Origin: Candidatus Omnitrophota bacterium
GTDB lineage: Bacteria > Omnitrophota > Gorgyraeia > 2-01-FULL-45-10
Assembly (NCBI GenBank): GCA_023818895.1
Contig: JAMWCX010000001.1
Span: forward strand, 179,789 to 211,788
Direction of reading: 5' to 3'
Length of the DNA stretch: 32,000 nt
Shown here in pieces: positions 9,036 to 16,698 of this stretch; position 1 is the stretch's first letter; every line of letters starts with the position of its first letter. The translations under genes and the position numbers were made by a program. The notes beneath the pieces are model-generated. The model saw only the letters and a program-made list of their open reading frames with translations. It was not told the DNA's origin and did no database searches.

Positions 9036-11480
9036 CTATATAAGTGTTATCGTCATGAGGATCCAGGGCAAGATAGAATATGCCGGTTTCGACGAGGTCT
9101 TGAAAAAATGCGTACCGAATGATATCTCTGGAGATATATTTTCACTGGCAAAGGCTATCTCTCCAAGGATGGCCATATTATTTATCTCCGCGAATGACAC
9201 TGGCACTCCCAGTGAAGGAGTGGTAGTGCCCCATCTTCCCGGCCCAAGCAACATTACCGATTCGGTTTGCCGCGAACCTATCTGTCTGTTTAGCACACCG
9301 ACAAGGCGTGCTATATCATATTTTTCAGATAGGCTGGCGAGCCCACAATACCCTTTGGGATCTACATAAATTATCCGATCGACCTTTTGGGATATATTAC
9401 CGCTGAGGAAGTTACCCCTCGTCTGGAAGATTATATCTTTCTTTGCTATGTGCTTTGGCACAATGACCTTGTGGCCCAAGCCCTTTGTCTGCATAGGCCG
9501 GCATTGAAGGATATTGATTCGAAATTTATTATTTTTTACAAAGTTAACTGTAAATTCTATATCAATGGGGTAGCCATAGGCAGTCTCAAGCGAGTGGAGT
9601 ATATTGCGCATTATTTCGGTAAAATTCGTATTGGAAAGCAGATTGTCAAAATCGATGATCCAGGCCTCTTCGTCTGAACCCATCTCGAGTAATTTTTCCG
9701 TTGCCTGATAGTCTTTTGTGGCCAAAAATTCGAGATTAAGGTTTACCTTCTTTATCAGAAGCTCCCTAAGAGATATTGTCTGCATTATGTTTTCTTTTAT
9801 ATTTAAAACATCGACTTCATGCTGAGAATATCTTCTGGCGTCCTTTATATCTGAATGAGCCTTCAAGAGCGGGTTGTCGAGGGCAACTATGCGCGGATAG
9901 TCTCCTTCTACGCGGTTGACGGCGCGCGTGCCGAGACCAAGCACAAGCCTAAGCATTCCTGCCCGCGGATCCATGGCGTTATTCCAGACGAACGCGTTAT
10001 ATGAAATGCCTACGCCTGCAGCGTCTGGAAAAAAGAAGTCCTTATGGTATGCGCCGGACACCCGCTGGACTAAAAGAGCCATCTGTTCGTCCATCTGATC
10101 AAGACCGCGTTGTAAACGGTAGACCAGGGCATCCTCGTTCAAGGTGGATGCGTAGATACGACGCACCGCGTCAACAAACTTTGCGTATCTTTCATCCGGG
10201 TTGCCTTGATTCGGCAGAAATACGCTTTCATATTTGCCAGCGAATGCGTTACCGTAGCTGTCTTCCAATAGGCTCGAAGAACGGACTATTATCGGCGATT
10301 GCCCAAAGTACTCTATCATCTGCTGAAACTGCTCCTTTATCTCATCGGGGAATGTTCCAGTAAGCAGCTTGTCCCTCAATGTCCGCGCAACCTCGAAATA
10401 CCCCTCTTTTGTTCTCTGCTCCATTCGCGCTTTCCACCATCCATTTTCAACAATATAGGTGTAGAATACGTCAGAGCCGATATAGAAGGAATCGTGTGGC
10501 TCGAAAAACTTCTCAGATTTAATGGATTCGTCACGTTGGATGATATTGCGGGCTATCAGCATCCCTACGGATTTTCCTCCGATAAAACCGGTGCCAATCA
10601 TACGTGATTTGATAGTCAAGAAATCCTCCAGAGTGAGGTATCTGCGCGCAAGATGCAGCATCTTTTCATCGCGCGCTATTATGAGCCGGGATAGCTGGTC
10701 GACCATAGCCTCCTTTTTTTCATGGGGAGTCTCTTTGCGGGTGGCAAGTTCTTCGGCTGTCATGAAAAGGCGGTCCCAGTAGTCCAGTTTTCTGGCGGCG
10801 CTCTTTGAGGTCTTCTTAAATATGCGCGAAAAGAGCCGAGCGGTGTCAACGCTGGATGTCATCGCGACGAATCCGTCGGAGCGTCTCACATGAGGAAGGA
10901 ACATGGTGGGCGAATATCTGTTCCATACTTTCAGCGGGTGGATGTAGCAGTTGCCTCCATAGTGGTAGACGTCTATAAGAAGCTGCGTTGTATCTCTTAT
11001 GCGGGCGACTGTTTTGAACGAATGGTTGTTACGCAAAAGCGCGAAATATGCTATCGTGTTGAGTTCAAAAAGATAAGGACAGGTTATCTTGAAGAAATTA
11101 CCTATCATAAGGTCGTTCGACCAGGCTGACAGCAGGTCAGAAAGGCAGTCGAATACGTAGAATACGCCCTCCCCCTCCTTTTTTATTATATTGTTGACCT
11201 CTGAAGAAAAGGTCTCGAACCCAAGGTGAGCGTCAAGCCTGTATACGCCGATATCCTTGTTTCCCTCAAACAGGTTTTTGTGATTGGCGAACCGTATATA
11301 TACGACCCGCCTCTTTTCTTGCAGGGCTTTCTTGACAAATGGCCCCACAAACTCCATGTAATCGTCCACGGAATCCATCTGCCAGACGACATTATCGCCA
11401 AGCCGGAGGCCGTTTATCACCCTGTCGAGGCCCTTAAGACCAGTGCTTATCATCTCGTCCGACCTTTCGTAAAAAGGCAT
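9036..11480 (-). CDS. PEP/pyruvate-binding (PPDK_N ATP-grasp) domain protein with a degenerate KaiC/RecA-like N-terminal domain; the 3' end is frameshifted
   Basis: 814-aa ORF. The N-terminus STGLKGLDRVINGLRLGDNVVWQ resembles KaiC/RadA, but no GxxGxGKT P-loop follows. The central part matches PPDK_N (GGKSVGM..., IVRSSSLLEDSYGNAFAGKYES). No TSHAA phosphohistidine swivel motif is present. The last 21 codons look out of frame (see findings); the repaired frame would run to 8866. Confidence 0.8.
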   Translation of the reverse strand: MPFYERSDEMISTGLKGLDRVINGLRLGDNVVWQMDSVDDYMEFVGPFVKKALQEKRRVVYIRFANHKNLFEGNKDIGVYRLDAHLGFETFSSEVNNIIKKEGEGVFYVFDCLSDLLSAWSNDLMIGNFFKITCPYLFELNTIAYFALLRNNHSFKTVARIRDTTQLLIDVYHYGGNCYIHPLKVWNRYSPTMFLPHVRRSDGFVAMTSSVDTARLFSRIFKKTSKSAARKLDYWDRLFMTAEELATRKETPHEKKEAMVDQLSRLIIARDEKMLHLARRYLTLEDFLTIKSRMIGTGFIGGKSVGMLIARNIIQRDESIKSEKFFEPHDSFYIGSDVFYTYIVENGWWKARMEQRTKEGYFEVARTLRDKLLTGTFPDEIKEQFQQMIEYFGQSPIIVRSSSLLEDSYGNAFAGKYESVFLPNQGNPDERYAKFVDAVRRIYASTLNEDALVYRLQRGLDQMDEQMALLVQRVSGAYHKDFFFPDAAGVGISYNAFVWNNAMDPRAGMLRLVLGLGTRAVNRVEGDYPRIVALDNPLLKAHSDIKDARRYSQHEVDVLNIKENIMQTISLRELLIKKVNLNLEFLATKDYQATEKLLEMGSDEEAWIIDFDNLLSNTNFTEIMRNILHSLETAYGYPIDIEFTVNFVKNNKFRINILQCRPMQTKGLGHKVIVPKHIAKKDIIFQTRGNFLSGNISQKVDRIIYVDPKGYCGLASLSEKYDIARLVGVLNRQIGSRQTESVMLLGPGRWGTTTPSLGVPVSFAEINNMAILGEIAFASENISPEISFGTHFFKTSSKPAYSILPWILMTITLI

Positions 11481-11976
11481 ACTTTTTTCGTATGCCCGCT
11501 TTTATTTTTATAACCATAACATGAGAGACGCCGAGACGTTCGCCTATTTGACGCACTGTAAATCCGTCCATGGAGAGGCGCAGGACCTCTGATTCTCTCT
11601 TGTTAAGCCTGCTGAATAGGATATCATCTTTGATTATATCAGCGTTGATATCATTATATTTGTTTCCGCTCTCAGCGGCAAGCGTCTCTTCCAGAGTGGC
11701 CGCTTGGTCTTCCGTGGGAGTGTTCAGGCTCACAAGATGCGCTTTGTCCAGATGCGTTCGTAGGTAGTTTTTTAGGTGAAAATAACAACCCTGTAATATG
11801 TAGCTGTCCGTCTTATCGTTAAGCGTGCCTTTGCAGAAGACCTCCCATAGATGGGATATTGCTTCCTGGTAAAGGTCTTCATCGCCGAAAAACGTGAAAT
11901 GGCCGTTCATCCGATGCGCGATAGCGCGCAGTTTCGGGGATAGTCTCTTCATCATATCTTCAAAATTTCCGTACAT
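11434..11976 (-). CDS. sigma-70 family (ECF-like) RNA polymerase sigma factor
   Basis: 180 aa. Region 2-like sequence: DLYQEAISHLWE, YILQGCYFHLKNYLR. Region 4 HTH: LNKRESEVLRLSMDGFTVRQIGERLGVSHVMV. A GGTGA Shine-Dalgarno lies 6 nt before the ATG. The 3' end overlaps the next gene by 47 nt. Confidence 0.8.
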   Translation of the reverse strand: MYGNFEDMMKRLSPKLRAIAHRMNGHFTFFGDEDLYQEAISHLWEVFCKGTLNDKTDSYILQGCYFHLKNYLRTHLDKAHLVSLNTPTEDQAATLEETLAAESGNKYNDINADIIKDDILFSRLNKRESEVLRLSMDGFTVRQIGERLGVSHVMVIKIKAGIRKKYAFLRKVGRDDKHWS

Positions 11977-12098
11977 TATCTTTCACCGCCTTTAAATATA
12001 TCTGCCTTTGCCCTTCAAGCGTTTATTCTGATCGAGCTTCGGCTATCGTCCTTATCTAATATGGCTTACATTGCCTTTGGCTTCGTCGCTTGCGCTCT

Positions 12099-12142
12099 AA
12101 AATAAAACGCCCTTTTGCGCGTCGCGTTGCGCAAAAGGGCGT
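12099..12142 (-). terminator. Rho-independent terminator downstream of nadE
   Basis: Perfect 14-bp inverted repeat ACGCCCTTTTGCGC / GCGCAAAAGGGCGT (12107-12120 / 12129-12142) with an 8-nt loop. On the minus strand it is followed by TTTATTTT. Confidence 0.8.
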
Positions 12143-12186
12143 CTTTGCTCTTTAAGCTTTTATCTCGACTTTGAGATAAGTGGATT

Positions 12187-13860
12187 TTATCTGTATTTAT
12201 TCGTTATGGGCATCCTTCTGTCCTTGCCGAACGCCTTGGGTGTTATCTTTATACCCGGAGGCGATTGCCTGCGTTTGTATTCGCTTTTATCTATCATTCT
12301 AATGACTTTTGCTATCGTCTCTCTGTCTGCGCCGTTAACTGATATCTCTCCCAGGCTTTTATCCTCTTCGACATATGCCTTTATTATAGGATCCAGCACC
12401 TCGTAAGGGGGTAGAGTATCTCTATCTTTCTGCTCAGGCCTAAGTTCAGCCGTTGGCTCTTTTGTGAATACGGCGTCAGGTATGACTTTTGCTATGGCAT
12501 TCCTGTATCTAGCCAGTTTGTATACAAGAGTTTTGGGTACGTCCTTTATCACTGCCAGGCCTCCTGCCATATCTCCGTAGAGCGTGGCGTAGCCGGTACT
12601 CATCTCGGATTTGTTGCCGGTTGTAAGGACCAGCCATCCGAATTTATTGGATAAGGCCATTAGTATATTGCCGCGTATCCGTGCCTGTATGTTCTCCTCC
12701 GTTATATCTCTGCTAAGTCCTTCAAAAAGCTTCTCGAAGGCCATGAGGTAGAGCTTGTAGATCTGGTCTATCGAGATCTCTATATATTTTATGCCGAGGT
12801 TGGAGGCAAGCTCCCTTGCGTCCCGCTCCGATTCCTTTGAAGAATAACGCGTTGGCATGAATACGCCTGTGACATTTTCTTTGCCGATGGCATCGGCAGC
12901 CAATGTTGCTACCAGGCAAGAGTCTATGCCTCCCGATATTCCAAGCACTACTTTTGTGAAGCCATTCTTGTTTACATAGTCTCTTAAGCCTAAAAGGAGG
13001 GCCTCGTATACCTCTGCCGTCGGTTCGAGCTGCTCGCAGCCCCTCTTTGGCAGGGCAGGCCTTTTGTTCTTTAAATCTAATTTTTTTACCACCTCTATGC
13101 TCTTTTTTATCCTCTTTGACTTGTAAAGAGGGACATCGAGGTCAGCAATCAGAAGATCTTCCCTGAAAATATGAGCTGTACATAGTACCTTGCCTGTCGG
13201 GTCGGCTATCATGCTGTGACCATCGAATACCAGCTCATCCTGGCCCCCCACAAGATTAGCGTACGCTATAAAAACGTTGTTGGATCTGGAGGTTTGCGTT
13301 ATTATGTTTTCCCTCTGGCTCATTTTACCGGAATAATAAGGAGAAGCATTTATATTTACGATTAGGCTGGCGCCGTGATCAGCCTGCACCTTTGTCGGGC
13401 CGTCTGGCTGCCATATATCCTCGCATATATTTACGCCGAAAGCCAGGTTCCCCGCTTTGAAGATTGAGGGAAGATTCCCCGGCGTAAAATACCTTTTTTC
13501 ATCAAATACACCATAATTGGGAAGGCATATTTTATTGTATATTGACTTTATTTCTCCTTTGTAAACAATCGCCGCCGAGTTGAATATGTCTTTACCTACC
13601 TGATTGACAAAGCCTATTATGGCGATCATTCTGCCTACTGAAGCGGACGCTTTTCTCATGGCCTCTATATTATCTGCCACGAAGTGAGGCTTCAGCAGCA
13701 GGTCTTCAGGGGGATAGCCGGTTACGGCCAGTTCAGGGAAAGCTATTATATCCACGCTGAAGTCGGCGGCCCTGTTTAGATACTCCGTTATCTTGCGGCA
13801 GTTTCCTTCCAGGTCTCCTACAGTACAATTGATTTGTGCTATGGCAATCCTCAGTTTCAT
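12187..13860 (-). CDS. nadE: glutamine-dependent NAD+ synthetase
   Basis: 557 aa. The N-terminal half is a CN-hydrolase (nitrilase-like) domain. The C-terminal half is an NAD synthetase domain with an SGGIDS PP-loop. Confidence 0.95.
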   Translation of the reverse strand: MKLRIAIAQINCTVGDLEGNCRKITEYLNRAADFSVDIIAFPELAVTGYPPEDLLLKPHFVADNIEAMRKASASVGRMIAIIGFVNQVGKDIFNSAAIVYKGEIKSIYNKICLPNYGVFDEKRYFTPGNLPSIFKAGNLAFGVNICEDIWQPDGPTKVQADHGASLIVNINASPYYSGKMSQRENIITQTSRSNNVFIAYANLVGGQDELVFDGHSMIADPTGKVLCTAHIFREDLLIADLDVPLYKSKRIKKSIEVVKKLDLKNKRPALPKRGCEQLEPTAEVYEALLLGLRDYVNKNGFTKVVLGISGGIDSCLVATLAADAIGKENVTGVFMPTRYSSKESERDARELASNLGIKYIEISIDQIYKLYLMAFEKLFEGLSRDITEENIQARIRGNILMALSNKFGWLVLTTGNKSEMSTGYATLYGDMAGGLAVIKDVPKTLVYKLARYRNAIAKVIPDAVFTKEPTAELRPEQKDRDTLPPYEVLDPIIKAYVEEDKSLGEISVNGADRETIAKVIRMIDKSEYKRRQSPPGIKITPKAFGKDRRMPITNKYR

Positions 13861-13922
13861 CTTAATCTTACTGGCATATATTCATCTGTGCGCCAGCCCT
13901 TGACCTCGAAAATGATAATACT

Positions 13923-13960
13923 AAATAAAAACGTCCATCTTCCTCATGGAATATGGACGT
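13923..13960 (-). terminator. intrinsic terminator-like hairpin 2 in the nadE leader
   Basis: Minus strand reads ACGTCCAT-A-TTCC-ATGA-GGAA-G-ATGGACGT: 12 bp, one mismatch, tetraloop. It is followed by TTTTTATTT. Confidence 0.65.
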
Positions 13961-13971
13961 CTATGTCCGGT

Positions 13972-14010
13972 CAAAATAAAAAAGTCTTCCGCCTTTCCTT
14001 GGAGGAAGAC
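13972..14010 (-). terminator. intrinsic terminator-like hairpin 1 downstream of the GAF-ANTAR gene, in the nadE leader
   Basis: Minus strand reads GTCTTCCTCC-AAGGAAA-GGCGGAAGAC: 9 bp plus one mismatch, 7-nt loop. It is followed by TTTTTATTTT. Confidence 0.65.
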
Positions 14011-14037
14011 CTCTTTGTCTTTACCTTTGTCATAAGT

Positions 14038-14065
14038 AGTATATCATTTAAAATCGATTTGTCAA
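14038..14065 (-). promoter_or_regulatory. near-consensus sigma-70 promoter upstream of the nadE leader
   Basis: Minus strand reads TTGACA (14065-14060), 16-nt spacer, TATACT (14043-14038). It starts 15 nt after the GAF-ANTAR stop codon. Confidence 0.5.
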
Positions 14066-14079
14066 CTGAAAAAATCAAT

Positions 14080-14820
14080 CTATTGTTTGTCTAACTTAAG
14101 CTCTTTTTTCTTCATCTGATCCATTAAGACAACCGCTTCAGCTATCTCCTTCATCGACTTTCTTAGGTCCATGCTTTGCTTCTGAATCTTGCGAAATGCT
14201 TCCTCCTCCGACATGCCGCATTCGCGCATCAGAATGCCTTTGGCTCTCTCAACCGCCTTTCGTGTTTCAAGCTCGTCCTGGAATGTCTTAGCCTTCATCA
14301 TGAGTTCCGCGTTCTCGATAACTATCGCGGCCTGATTGGCGACCGTGGTCATTATGTCGATCTCATATTTGGTGAACCTGTGCGGATGTGATGTGTAGTT
14401 GTTGAGAACGCCTATTACTTTGCCTTTCACCGCAAGCGGTACAGAAAGGAGCGATTGAAGCCCTACTTTTTTAGCGATATCCTTGGAAACATATTCTTTT
14501 TCCTCCGATATATCGAAAACCGCGATGGGCTTATTTTCAAGCGCGACCTTGCCGGCTATTCCCTCGCCTATCTTGAGGGGTGGTTTTTGATTATAGGCTT
14601 CGTTCATCGACTGTGTAGCTTTAAGCACAAGCTTTCCGCTCTTCTCGTCGACTAGCATGAGAGAGCATATTTTGGAGTCCATTATCTCGGCAGTAACCGT
14701 TACAATTAGCTTGAGGATGTCCTCGAGATAAAGGTTGGAGGTGATCGATTTGGACACCTTAGTTATAGCTTCTATATGTTTTTCGTACGAGCTTTTTTTA
14801 GCCGATTTCTTTGCCATCAT
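14080..14820 (-). CDS. GAF domain / ANTAR domain RNA-binding regulator
   Basis: 246 aa. The N-terminal part is GAF-like. The C-terminus has an ANTAR signature (ELETRKAVERAKGILMRECGMSEEEAFRKIQKQSMDLRKSMKEIAEAV). A GAAGG Shine-Dalgarno precedes the start, which overlaps the upstream gene by 23 nt. Confidence 0.85.
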   Translation of the reverse strand: MMAKKSAKKSSYEKHIEAITKVSKSITSNLYLEDILKLIVTVTAEIMDSKICSLMLVDEKSGKLVLKATQSMNEAYNQKPPLKIGEGIAGKVALENKPIAVFDISEEKEYVSKDIAKKVGLQSLLSVPLAVKGKVIGVLNNYTSHPHRFTKYEIDIMTTVANQAAIVIENAELMMKAKTFQDELETRKAVERAKGILMRECGMSEEEAFRKIQKQSMDLRKSMKEIAEAVVLMDQMKKKELKLDKQ

Positions 14821-15769
14821 CCATCGCCTTCGGCTTTATATTTGTGCCGCGAAACCTTGGGTCAAGTTTTTCGGGTGAATCCTGAATCCAACCATTATTT
14901 AATCCTAAAAGATGTGCACAGTCAACTACATTCTTGTATTCCTCTACGGAAACGCTGCGCGATATCTCTTTGTAGTTGCGTGCCTTGAAAGCCGGATAAT
15001 ACTGGCTCATTATGCTTAGATACGTATTCTCGCTTATATTGTACCTTATGTACTTTAGGGTTTCGGTTGTTCCCGATGCATTGTTTGGCAGCACCAGGAG
15101 CCGTATTATTAGTCCATTAACGGCTATGCCGGAAGCATCGAAAACGAGATTACCGACCTGCGAATACATCTCGCGCACGGCGGAACGATTGTGCTCAACG
15201 TAGCCGGCAGCATCGGAGTACTTCTTCGCCATGAAATTATCTGAGTATCTCATGTCGGGAAGGTATATATCCACTATGCCATCCAGAAGTTTTATAGTAT
15301 CGACAAGCTCATAGCCACTTGTGTTATATACGATCGGTATATTAAGGCCGGATTCAAGCGCGATTTCGAGCGATGTCAATATCTGCGGCACGTAATGTGT
15401 TGGCGTGACAAGATTGATATTGTGGCATTTGCTCTCCTGAAGTCTCAGCATTACCCCCGCGAGCTCTTTTACAGAGACTTCTTCGCCTTCGTCTAACTGA
15501 CTAAAGCGGTAGTTTTGGCAGTAAACGCACTTCATATTGCAGTGAGAAAAGAATATAGTGCCTGACCCGCGTCTTCCTGAGAGGGGTGGTTCCTCGCCGT
15601 GATGCGGAGCATAGCTGTATATTATGGGATTGTAAGAAGCCCTGCAGTAGCCTGTTTTGCCAATGGTTCTGTTTACGTGACACTTACGTGGGCATATAGA
15701 ACAGCTTTTGAGAGAATCTTTTAATGCGGAATTTGTCTTTCTTACCCTGTCGATTTTCTGGTGATTCAT
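14798..15769 (-). CDS. radical SAM protein, PflX-like (COG1313-type homologue of pyruvate formate-lyase activase)
   Basis: 323 aa. CX3CX2C motif: FFSHCNMKCVYCQN. N-terminal auxiliary Cys cluster: CSICPRKCHVNR...GYC. HGEEPPLSG is also present. Its start ATG shares 1 nt with the upstream TAA (TAATG). Confidence 0.85.
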   Translation of the reverse strand: MNHQKIDRVRKTNSALKDSLKSCSICPRKCHVNRTIGKTGYCRASYNPIIYSYAPHHGEEPPLSGRRGSGTIFFSHCNMKCVYCQNYRFSQLDEGEEVSVKELAGVMLRLQESKCHNINLVTPTHYVPQILTSLEIALESGLNIPIVYNTSGYELVDTIKLLDGIVDIYLPDMRYSDNFMAKKYSDAAGYVEHNRSAVREMYSQVGNLVFDASGIAVNGLIIRLLVLPNNASGTTETLKYIRYNISENTYLSIMSQYYPAFKARNYKEISRSVSVEEYKNVVDCAHLLGLNNGWIQDSPEKLDPRFRGTNIKPKAMDDGKEIG

Positions 15770-16698
15770 TATTTGTATTTTTCATAAACGATTTCGTCCG
15801 GCAGTCTCTCCCGTCTTGTTTTAGATATTTTAATATCGCTGAGAGATGGCTTTGACTTCCTTGCGTAACTTATCAGACTAAGGACGATACCCATATTAAA
15901 GCGTCCTTCCTGAGCCTCCTTGACCAGGTAGTCAAGCGTGGCGCGCAGCGAAAAAGGTTTTTTCCGGTAAGGCCTTTTAGTAAGGAGAGCGTCCATGACG
16001 TCAACCGCGCTTATCAGCCTGGCGTACTTGCGCAGGCGCTTTATCCCGTTGGGATAGCCACTGCCGTCCGGCCTCTCATGATGTTCGAGGCTTGCTAACG
16101 AGCATTCGACTCTGTCGCGTTTTAAATAATAATTAAGAAGCAGATATCCTATGGTGGGATGTGTTTCTATGATGGCTCGTTCAAGGGCTGTAAGTCTTTC
16201 TTTCTTGTTTAATATCTCGGTGGGGATGCGAGTCTTTCCTATGTCGTGGGTAAAACCGCAGTGCGCTATTATCTCTTTGTCATATTCTTTCGGATGATAT
16301 GTGATGGAAAGCTTGATCGTGAACGCCGCCACCCGCAGGACGTGGTTATAGGTATATGGCAGATTCTTCTTCATCCTGGCCATTTCGAATACCAGGTCGT
16401 TTTCGATCTTAAGATTGGCGGCTATCGCGCATATCTCTTTCTTCGATACCGGCGGAGCCAGCATGGTCCTATATCTGGAGTCCTTGAATATATTGACAAA
16501 GTCGGTAAATATGTCGGTGTTCTTTAGCGGTATCCTTACCTGCTTATGCTTTTCACCAAGGAGCCGTATCTTTCTAACCGCGCCTGGGGTTATCTCGATA
16601 TCTTTTTTTACCAGGAGGTCGCCATATATGGTATACAGGTCGTTAAAAAGGCGCATATCGCCTGTCTTTCTTTTATCTTGCTGAGTATTTTCTTGCAA
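15769..16698 (-). CDS. HD-GYP domain protein (putative c-di-GMP phosphodiesterase)
   Basis: 309 aa. HD motif (THDIGKTRIP) and GYP motif (HHERPDGSGYPNG) are both intact. The 16698 start is a TTG overlapping the channel gene by 26 nt. An alternative ATG at 16656 (MRLFND...) is also possible. Confidence 0.85.
   Translation of the reverse strand: MQENTQQDKRKTGDMRLFNDLYTIYGDLLVKKDIEITPGAVRKIRLLGEKHKQVRIPLKNTDIFTDFVNIFKDSRYRTMLAPPVSKKEICAIAANLKIENDLVFEMARMKKNLPYTYNHVLRVAAFTIKLSITYHPKEYDKEIIAHCGFTHDIGKTRIPTEILNKKERLTALERAIIETHPTIGYLLLNYYLKRDRVECSLASLEHHERPDGSGYPNGIKRLRKYARLISAVDVMDALLTKRPYRKKPFSLRATLDYLVKEAQEGRFNMGIVLSLISYARKSKPSLSDIKISKTRRERLPDEIVYEKYK

Noticed and set aside
13861-14079. NAD+ riboswitch or canonical ANTAR dual-hexaloop target in the nadE leader
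   Set aside because: I could not match the leader to the NAD+-I/II riboswitch architectures from memory. The two hairpin loops are 7 and 4 nt rather than two hexaloops with A1/G4. I kept only the structural observation as a finding.
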